From Lingula anatina (taxonomy: Eukaryota > Animalia > Brachiopoda), in assembly GCA_051362555.1 (NCBI GenBank), contig CM120640.1, positions 34,615,967 through 34,679,966 on the forward strand: DNA of 64,000 nucleotides, given 5' to 3'. The notes under the pieces were generated by a model that saw only the letters and a program-made list of their open reading frames with translations, made no database searches and had not been told where the DNA came from. The position numbers were made by a program, and so were the translations under genes. Below are positions 1 through 9,508 of the stretch, piece by piece. The number at the start of each line of letters is the position of its first letter. Positions within the stretch are counted from its first letter, which is position 1.

Positions 1-117
1 GCGTTTTAATTGTATTTGTATTGCATTTTATTTGAAACGTCTACAGAAAAGATTTTTTAGATTTTAGACTCTAAATAAATATATTTCTTTATTAAATCTT
101 GTGTTTTCTTATGCGTC

Positions 118-120
<3 letters not shown>

Positions 121-168
<48 letters not shown>
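121..168. repeat. (GA)n microsatellite
   Basis: Uninterrupted GA dinucleotide run seen directly. Confidence 0.98.
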
Positions 169-171
<3 letters not shown>

Positions 172-1271
172 CAACAACGACAAGATGTAGTGGATAAAAA
201 AGTTTTTTATTTCTTATTTGAATATGATTTTACATCAAAATTGACAAGGACTTTTGTTTAAATGTAATATTTTTTTATTAACACGACTGCATATATGTAC
301 AAGTTGAAAGGGAATGACTGCGTGGAAGATACATCAGAAAACGACAAAATTTAGAAGTATACTTAAAATAGATCATATAAACCTGTCATAGCAAAGTAAG
401 ATTTTAAAAAATATACTTTTAGAAAGCATCTTATCCTTCAAACATTGATTAGTTTTCTCCTTTTTTTTCAGAGTAAATGATATAACTGGTGATGATAGAC
501 CTACATACTCACACTTCCAGAGGAATATAGCAGTGTTGGTGTTGATGGGGCCCTACATCAACACAAACACATGCTATGGTGAAAAGATCATGACCAGTGA
601 CCTTACAGATTTGGCCAAAATCAGTAAGGGTTGATCATGAACTTTCCAAATGTTCCTGTCAGTGTGGCCAGCACCAACAAGAACATGATCCTCCTCAGAG
701 ATGTTCTAATAAGTATGTAGTCAATGATAACCAGAAATAACATAAACACTGCATGATACTACATTTAACAGAAATTATCAATGATAACCAGTTAAAAAAT
801 AAATACTGCAAAATTATTATCAATAAAGATTGCCTTGATGAAACAGAAATATTTCTATTTATTGATTTTATGCATGAAAACTATAAACTATATGAAAAAA
901 AGGGGTTTTATAGATTTCATCCAAAATAAATATTATAATGCAGAGAAATTTGTTTTAAATTTGTTAAATTTATGTTATTTCTATCTTTATAGTTAAAACA
1001 GTTGAATTTTCCACACACAGTGTCCAAAACGAATTGAATATCAATTTGACATTATCTAAAACTTAGTATCTTTCACACAGTCATCACAGTGCTTACAAAG
1101 CAAGTGGTATTCAATGTAAATCAGGTTGTAAAAAGGTTGTATGAAATACTTCTGTATAGAATGCAAAAACTATTAAAATTAGCAATGAAAATTTGCAGAT
1201 GCTATCTGAAGAACTGAATGCCATATCATAAACAATATGAAATATATACAATTAGGGACACAAGTACTGAG

Positions 1272-1922
1272 CTACCACCCCAAACAGAACATTCTCAATA
1301 CAGAGCCAGTAAACGATGAACGCCTTGTAGAAGTGCGTATCACTTCTGATACCAATGCGTTGTTTTTAACTCTTACATTGCGACTACAAGGAGTAAACTC
1401 ATCACCACAAAACTTAGAGCGACCATGTAGCTCTGTCTTCCTCAAAGCATCGGCAACACTTCTTGAAGTGTGCCTAGAGCTGATAGGGTGCCAAGGAGAA
1501 CGCAGAAGAGATCTAGGCATAGGTGTTTTACGAGCACGCCTACCCCTCATCCTCCACAGAGGATCAGCCACAATAATTTCCCCCCTTTCGTTTCTCCCCT
1601 CACCACCACCATACAAAGCTTTAGTAGCAACAGGAATACGACTAGGTTTAGGTATTCTTTGGATTACAACCGCTGGGCAGTGTGCCCTCTCAGTAGAACG
1701 GAGACACCCGTTAACTGCTATAGGGATTCTAGACTTAAAAGTGGTGCTTCCAAAGACATTCTTAAGTGTATTCATGGCAAAGGTAAACAGCGTTGAAGCC
1801 ATAGTGGCTAACACTGTATTTGGTACCTTAGTTTTGGTTCTAAAGATGCCACCACATCCACATGGGCAATAATATGCGTGGTAGTGGACTCCACTACGTG
1901 TGGACACAGTTGTACTACACAT
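1272..1922 (-). CDS. Uncharacterised basic 216-aa protein (single coding exon, exon 2 of a two-exon gene); two SxIP motifs, N-terminal HxHxxxCxCxC cluster
   Basis: Open frame from ATG 1922-1920 to TAG 1274-1272. The ATG lies 2 nt after a pyrimidine-rich acceptor (ttttgctcctttcag|AGATG, exon starts 1924). An upstream ATG-free exon 2489-2354 has the donor G|GTGAGT and a TATA+Inr promoter. No protein family recognised. Confidence 0.65.
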   Translation of the reverse strand: MCSTTVSTRSGVHYHAYYCPCGCGGIFRTKTKVPNTVLATMASTLFTFAMNTLKNVFGSTTFKSRIPIAVNGCLRSTERAHCPAVVIQRIPKPSRIPVATKALYGGGEGRNERGEIIVADPLWRMRGRRARKTPMPRSLLRSPWHPISSRHTSRSVADALRKTELHGRSKFCGDEFTPCSRNVRVKNNALVSEVIRTSTRRSSFTGSVLRMFCLGW

Positions 1923-2125
1923 CTCTGAAAGGAGCAAAATTATTTTTGTTGTACATAACTGGGTGTGTAGAATTTTAAATCGTAGTCAGTGTACAGAAGC
2001 TTGCATCTGAAGTGTAGCATGGGGATAATTGTAGGGATTTTTATTAAGTTCTCAGCGAAAAAAAAAATAGACACGTGGCCGAACAATGGCAACTTTCGTT
2101 GAAAAGAAAATATATTGTTTCACAC

Positions 2126-2128
2126 AAA

Positions 2129-2191
<63 letters not shown>

Positions 2192-2192
2192 A
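2126..2192. repeat. (AAAT)n microsatellite in the intron of the orphan gene
   Basis: Seen directly. Confidence 0.95.
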
Positions 2193-2353
2193 AATGGGAA
2201 AATGAATAATTAAACATACAAAATTAAATTTGATGCATAATTCTACAAAAGTGTTTTCGATAGATAAAAGTTTTCAAAAATGAAATGCCAAAAATCTAAA
2301 AAAAAAATTCTTAAAATTGCAAATTTGAATACATAATATGCAGAATGACTCAC

Positions 2354-2489
2354 CAATATCTTTTTCAAGATACAGTGGTAAAATAATGTAGAAAAGGTGA
2401 AAGCCTGAGGCAACTGACAGTTGAAAATGCTGAGAAATTCGCTGTGAAGTGACGTAAAGTCTGCTCACTGTGAAAGCTCGTTGTCAACT
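2354..2489 (-). other. Non-coding first exon (5' UTR) of the orphan gene
   Basis: Begins at the A of an Inr TCAGTT (2489), contains no ATG, and ends at the consensus donor TTG|GTGAGT (intron 2353-1925). Confidence 0.65.
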
Positions 2490-2520
2490 GACTCTCGTGA
2501 AGCGTGCTCGCTTTATATAC
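2486..2520 (-). promoter_or_regulatory. Pol II core promoter: TATA box plus Initiator
   Basis: TATATAAAG on the minus strand (2519-2511) has its first T exactly 30 nt upstream of the A in TCAGTT (2491-2486). A perfect CRE palindrome TGACGTCA at 2786-2793 and several TGACG half-sites lie nearby. Confidence 0.7.
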
Positions 2521-2958
2521 TGTGGCGTAATGATCTGTCAGTTGCCTTGACGATGTCCGAAAAACAAAGTAGTGTTTAGATTTATTTTCAATTTTGTATA
2601 TATTCACCTAATGAAATATAGGTAAGACAATAGAATTGATTTTGTCGAAGTTAAAATCGCTATTCTGACCATTAATAGAATAGTGAATTCCATGTTCCTC
2701 GGAGTTTCAAAATTATTGAAAAATGACGTGCTTAGGTCTGTTGCCAAAACAAAAAAACTGGCAATATGCCAGGAACGTCACCAACTGACGTCAGCATTTG
2801 GCAACTAGCCAATGACATAAATACCAAACGTCACGAATGCAACGTAGTCTAACCGTCGTGAATGCAACGTAACGAATCATTATGTAGATGTAGATTAACG
2901 CATCGATGTCACATTTGAACACTGTGAAGATTCGTGTCTAATTTTGACTTTTTTTTTC

Positions 2959-3000
2959 ATAATCCCCGAAGAAGGCCTAGGGGCCGAAAGCTTGGATTAT
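2959..3000 (+). ncRNA. Minimal type I hammerhead ribozyme motif (Penelope-like element type)
   Basis: Stem I ATAATCC/GGATTAT (7 bp perfect), core CCGAAGA plus an extra A, stem II GGCC-TAGG-GGCC, GAAA, palindromic minimal stem III AAGCTT; predicted cleavage after 2993. The core has C in place of the canonical U4. Confidence 0.75.
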
Positions 3001-3030
3001 ATATGACATCTGTAAAGATCTTCAGAGATG

Positions 3031-3066
3031 CGGGTGAAAACATAACCTCCTTGGCGGAGGTAATAA
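3031..3066 (-). mobile_element. Truncated terminal fragment of the same HINE/DINE-1-like element
   Basis: cgggtgaaaacataacctccttggcggaggtaataa matches 3371-3406 with one mismatch. Confidence 0.75.
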
Positions 3067-3107
3067 GCCAAAATCTAAAATTTTGACATTGTAAAATTAC
3101 GTCAGAG

Positions 3108-3109
<2 letters not shown>

Positions 3110-3150
<41 letters not shown>
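3110..3150. repeat. (AAT)n microsatellite abutting the HINE end
   Basis: Seen directly. Confidence 0.95.
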
Positions 3151-3151
<1 letters not shown>

Positions 3152-3406
3152 TAGAAAAGCACTCCAAGAGCGCAGACCTCCGCCAAGGCAGAAATTTTTG
3201 ATTATTATTGATTATTGATTGATTATTGATCCGGATCACCACCAAACACTAATCATCTCTTCCTTGGCCCACTTCTGACCTTCCCTGAAAATTTCATCAA
3301 AATCGGTCCATAACTTTTTGAGTTATGTTGATGACAGACAGACAGACAGACAAACAAACAAACAGACAAACGGGTGAAAACATAACCTCCTTGGCAGAGG
3401 TAATAA
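3149..3406 (-). mobile_element. Non-autonomous Helentron-associated element (HINE / DINE-1-like), about 260 bp
   Basis: Minus-strand architecture: TT start, subterminal inverted repeats (acctccgccaagg / ccttggc[a/g]gaggt), short internal IR, (TGTC)n/(TGTT)n microsatellite, 3' stem-loop gcgctc-ttg-gagtgc, CTAG-TT end. Confidence 0.8.
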
Positions 3407-4829
3407 GCCAAGAGAATGCAGAGGAGAGAAATCGAACTAATCTCCCCCCTCTCTCTTTCTGAGTAAAATGTAGCTGATATCCAATAGGGCTTCGAAACAA
3501 TCAAATTAAATTAAGATAATGGGCTTATAGTGGAATAGGGATGTAGCATCCTGAAAACGATAGGCCTATGCTTTCATGTAGTATTCTCTTTTAACTGCAA
3601 ACCAGTGTTATAGTCGATGACTTTCAACATTTTCTTTAATAAGCAGTCTCATTTCATATATTTTCTTTTTATAACCTTACTTATTAATGTGAGCTCTAAT
3701 CAAGGCATGCTCGTGTTCTCCTTAGGCGTAAAGATATTCATCAGAGAAATATTGCCATCTAACATTTTTTTTAGTTTTAAGTTTTTTTTTTGTTTATTTT
3801 TAAGCAAATTAATGCAAAATTAGCAAAAATCCCAGTATATGTTGGACCGTCTTGCATAGCGCAACGTCAGCAATGTAACAATTAGTCTACATCATAAATG
3901 CGGTTTTTACGTGGAGATGTTGCTATAACCACCGCATAAGCTTCATGCAAATTTGTGTTGATCTTACTTGACTCAGAATAGTGTGGATTTACTACAGGTA
4001 TTTCAAAAAGAGGAGAAAAACTTATCCAAATCGGTGAGTGCTACATTTCTATTTCATGTCGAGCGTTGAATTGGTATACATTATGAATCGGCAAAATGTT
4101 TCAGCGAAAAGATAATAACTGACAAATAATTATAAACCTTAATAACTTCCACCTATTTTTATAAAAAAAATATACAAAATCATAATCATCATTAATCCCA
4201 ACTTCTTCCAACAACGTAGACAATTTTTTTCCTCTGTTAGTTGTCTTGGAATAACGCGGTTCTAGATACCAGAATTGCCGCAATATTTAAAGAATTTATC
4301 ATGATGCTAGAACGCCTTAATGAAGAATGAAATAAGTAAGCATACAATAAAGTGATATTCAAATACAGTACATGTAGTGAGGCGATCACAGTGAATGGTT
4401 AGCGGACGGCCTCACGATGCATCCTTCAGGCGAACTGAATCGTGAACGTATAAAAATTATGGATAGATTCTAACTCACAAGAAGACAAGATCCAGAACTT
4501 CAAAATCAAAACCTTTTCAATATCAGTTTTTATTTTGTTTATTGTATAAAAAATCCAATAAACTTACAACTACTTTTTATTGTACATTTTATGATAATCA
4601 CACATATGTCATCACTACTAACGTTGTTATGTACACAAACAAATAATACAGTAGTCCTTTGTTAGAATGTGATCAGTTACAAAGTAAAATGAGAAAATAT
4701 CACAGTTTTTCTTTTCAAACACTTATAATCTATAAAATAGAAAAGATACCAGTAATGTGGATGTTGTCTTTTTGTCAGATACAAGGCAACATTGGTATAT
4801 AAAAGCCCTTGTCATCCGCCTGGTTCAAT

Positions 4830-7800
4830 TTAAACCTCGGGAAGTGGTTCATCGATATCTTCTTTTAGTCCTAACTCCCTGAGAAAAGCTGACTCTTCCT
4901 CCAAAAATGCTGCATATTGCTGTTTCATACGGTAATGAACTTCCTCTTCTGTAAGTTCCACATTTGGTGCAATCTGAAACACAACACATAAGACGAATTA
5001 CATGAAGCTTCAAAGTTTTCAAAGATTTTCAAAAACCAGTTGTGATATGCAAAGGAAAAACACCAACTGTCACATTAAATCAGCATTCATATTTAACTTT
5101 TCTATCAGAATATATTTTTTAACAATGTTTATTCAAAGGAAATGGAGGCAAAGTACTAAAAGCATTAGATCAGAATATATGGTGAGGATAAGTATAGTGC
5201 CATATTCTGATGACGACAATAAGCATTAATCAAACCTTATCTAAATTCTTTATCAGATTTATAAATCATATAAATGCAAATAAGGTTCAGTGTATTTCTG
5301 GCGTCTAAATTGGAATATATAAAAGGACATTCAATGGAATTATAGCACTTACTCCTGCTTTTCTCTTATGTTCTGCTTCTATCTCTCTTTTTTCCTGCTC
5401 CCTGAAATTCCATCTATCCACCACAAAAGCCCGCCTTTTCACTTCTCGGTCAAAGTAATTGGACACACCAACCGTCTATAGATTAAGGGGGAGATGTATG
5501 AGAATATTCGTGAAAAGTTTTTTAAAATTAAGTCTACCTTTTGCATTAAAAACTTCATATTTTTGGTATTGATATAAATACATATCAAAAGCAATACATA
5601 TAAAAAGTAGCAAGATTTAAACCTTTCTTCACTAAATTCAAATTAAATCTTTGAAAGGCAGCAAGAAATACATCATGTTAAAAGTACTGATATTACATCA
5701 TGATCACCATTGTATTATTAAGAACTTAAGACTGTTGATGTTTTACCTCATTTGGAGTGGCAACACGAAGACTCCAAGGTATTTCTAAGATGTGCAATGT
5801 TCCAAGGTTGTCCCCTACTGCCAAAAGGTGCTGCTTGCCTGTAGAATAAGATTTAAACAATGTTAATTAATATAATACTGTGTAGACTAGTCATCCAGTT
5901 GTATTTTACATGAAAAAAGTTCTTGGATCTTTTGCTAGACTTATATACAATATGAGAACTTATTACAATTCAATATTAGCAAAACTTTTCATCACCTAAT
6001 TAAAAGAAAGAAAAACTTTAAATCTTTTTTATTTTAACTTTCTAATCATTTTTCTAACTGATTTTAAAGTTTACAGAGATGTATATTGATTTCTTTCATG
6101 TACATTCTTAAGATATACAAAAATGAACTCCCTTTCAAACAAGTAGGCAGGTACCTTCAGTGCAAAACTGAAAAACTCCAGGATCAGAATCGGACTTGAT
6201 ACAATTAAAATACACGAAAGCTGCTTGATCATATTACAGCAGAATTTTTCATCACTATTTCACATACAGTACTACTGGTTGTTACACATGGCAGACAAAA
6301 TAAATACTTACTAGAAATCTGGTATGGGTAAATACTTGGACTTGATACAATTAAAATACACGAAAGCTGCTTGATCATATTACAGCAGAATTTTTCATCA
6401 CTATTTCACATACAGTACTACTGGTTGTTACACATGGCAGACAAAATAAATACTTACTAGAAATCTGGTATGGGTAAATACTTGTTATTGGTGCTGAGGA
6501 GATACTCTGGACAAGTGATGGCTCGTGTGTTTTGTCTAAGAGGTCCCAGACCTCAATACTGCCATCCTCTCTGGTCACATAGAATACTCCAGCTCTGGAT
6601 GGTGACCAGTGGGCAGCTGTCAGGTGTTTGGTGGACGCAGATGAACTCAGAATAGGGCCAGACTGGAGAAAATAATTTGAAGCTCAATGTCAATACAATT
6701 GTCTGTACACATATAAAGACATTTAATATTAAAAAGAAAAAAAATCATACTAATTGCTAATTAATGCTTCATTACAGGTAGAAATAATATTTAGTTTGCA
6801 TGTTTCATTGGATCTATTTTATATGCAAGTGATGGACATCTGTGCACGATCTGAAATATATCAATACATATGGGAACTCATAGTACCCACAGACTGTGAA
6901 CTTAAAAACTACAATGCCTTAAATGTACACACATAATTAAATGACATTACTGAAACATGAAATTCACATGAACACATTTCAAGCAACTAAAATTTATTCG
7001 TTTCAAATGAAAGCATATGTAATATAGGTCAAACGTATACATCTGGACTAAGACTTCCAGTATAAACTAATGATCCTGCCATGACCCCTCCTGCCCTATG
7101 TCTACTTCTTGGCCAACCTTAATCCTACTGTTAATTGTTAAAATTTGAAATAGAGGATGAACTCACATTAACTCCCTCTTTCCATATAGACCATGTCCAT
7201 CCTCCCACACATAACACTATGTCCTTGAAGAAGGCAGATCTCTGGAGTGTGTTCACTGGGCCATCATGGAGGGCGTTGTAAAAATCAGGTTTGGGGGCTG
7301 CACAATGAAATGCACATAAAATTTATATGGAAATATGAAGACATTAGTTGAGTCATAAAAAATGAAGTTATTTTTGATGAATATTTGATAATGTACACAA
7401 TAATCTTTAGAACTCACAAAAGGTATTGAAAAAGTTTTCATAAAATGGTCCATATATTTATTCTGATGACATAAAATTTTAATAATTCTAATGCTGAATG
7501 AATTTGTTGTTAATGAGTGCTTTTCATAGTTTTATAATATTATAATCCATTTACTTAGAATCTTTCCACTATCTTGGTCCTTTTGAGGCATCCAGTCAAC
7601 ATAGATGATTTCTCCTTCCTAAAATTATGCAGAAATAATATGCTCAAAAATATCACTGGCATATTTCAAAAAAAAACTTTTTTTAATTTAGAATTTGAAA
7701 AATTTCAGTTTGATGGGCAATTTTAGAAAATAAAAAAAGACACTATCACATATCAAATTCACTTTTGCTAAGAGCAGGAAAAGTAGTAGTAGTAAATCAA

Positions 7801-9475
7801 ATAACATAGCAACCAAAACTTCTACCAACCTCTCCACCAACATAGAAGTGTGTCTTGACATCCTGTAGAGTTCTTTTTTCTTTCCCAGACCCTGGCTTGC
7901 CAAAACCAAAGCCACCACCACCGCCACCACCACCGCCTGACTTGTCTTCCTTTGACTGGCTTTCCAATTTGGCCACTATATAAATTAATAGTACAGAACA
8001 TTATACTCATCAAAGAGTTGGAAAGTCATATCTACTGCAGTTTTCAAGGATAATCTAGAGACATTGTTGAGAAATCAATTTCAAAAAAAATCTTCTGTCT
8101 TCTTGTAGATGCCTGGACAAAGATTCATTATCAGGTTATCATGGATTTCATACAATTCATTTGAGTTTATTAATCAACCAATAGACTATCAATTTTATTT
8201 TAATGATTAATGCAATCTTCGATTAAAACTATCTAATATACAGATGTCGTAAGAGGCCCATGTTATTTCTACTGAAGGATCAGAGATATTTTCCTATACT
8301 CACAGACACTCCTGTCTCCTTGTTTTTCCTGTATACTAAATTTGATAGGACTGTGGTCACCACCAGGCTCAGATTTCATTAGTGTCACCTAGAAAAAATT
8401 ATGGATAAAAAAATGAAACTCACTGTCATTTGGGTACAAATATATTCCTGAATGTATTCTGTGTAGATAAAAATATTAAAAATCCCTGTGAATATAGAAA
8501 ATTAATAGTAATCAGTAATGAGTAGATTAAATGATCAAAAACTGCTATTATATGCACTTTTGTCAAGATTATTAATTAATTTACATACTTTACCCGCCAA
8601 TCTTATCAGTTATTCCTTAAATTCACGATACAAACTTTCTTGAAGGGCAAAATACTCTGACAAACATGCAATTAATTTTAATATATTTCTATGTACAAAC
8701 CTTTAGATGTGGTTTCCAAGTCAGATCCAAGTATTTAAAAGTGTTTGGCACTCCCATAGGATTCTTGATGCCTTTATCATCTCCACCACTGGGACCTTTA
8801 GGAGACCTGGTGTCCCATACTAGCACACAGCTGGAAAATAGTTTTTTAAAACAGTTAAATGAATGTCTCTAAATTTTTAGCTGGATGACCAGTGTGTGTG
8901 TGTGTGTGTGTGTGAGTGTGTGCGTGCATGTGCATGCATGATGTGAATGTGTGTGCAGTGTGTATGTGTGTGCCTGTATGCATGTTTCAATTTGAATGTG
9001 CATACATGCATACCCACACATTAATCTAAATAGATAGAAGACTTATTACAGAGGATCAACATGCTATTATGTATTTGATGCAAAGTGGAATGTACTAATC
9101 AATATAGTCTGTTTGTAGGACTATGTCGTGCTATTAATTTAATCTACCAAAATGTTTTATTGATGCCCAAAACCAACTGCTTTTGTAAACAATTATAAAA
9201 ACATTTTACTATTAACAAAACCAGATTTTAAAAAAATAATTTTTCATGAAAATATAATGCCTCTTCTTACTGATCAGTGGCACATGTCATAATTTGTACA
9301 CATTGCTGCTGTTTGTTTTCCTGGGGGATACCCATTCTGTTCAGCTGGAAACAAGAAGGGACAACTATTTATTTAATATCATATGAAAAATAAAAATATT
9401 GTGGATGTACAAGTAAAATGATTTACAATCCACTTAATTTAACAGTAGCATATATTTTGCTGCAATATCTTTACA

Positions 9476-9508
<33 letters not shown>

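Noticed and set aside
1237-1872. 211-aa plus-strand ORF (and 1470-1796) overlapping the orphan gene
   Set aside because: Antisense shadow; promoter and splice signals support only the minus strand. Not formally excluded without stranded RNA data.
3253-3504. ORFs with LSVCLFVCLSVC repeats
   Set aside because: Translation of the HINE microsatellite.
4376-4440. GTGAGGC...GCCTCAC hairpin in a CpG-rich patch, considered as tRNA/SINE or ncRNA
   Set aside because: No cloverleaf or A/B boxes; more likely a decayed repeat fragment.
7688-8013. ORFs with VVAVVVALVL or WWWRWWW that look like a signal peptide or odd protein
   Set aside because: Alternative frames of the DNAI3 exon encoding SGGGGGGGGFGFGK.
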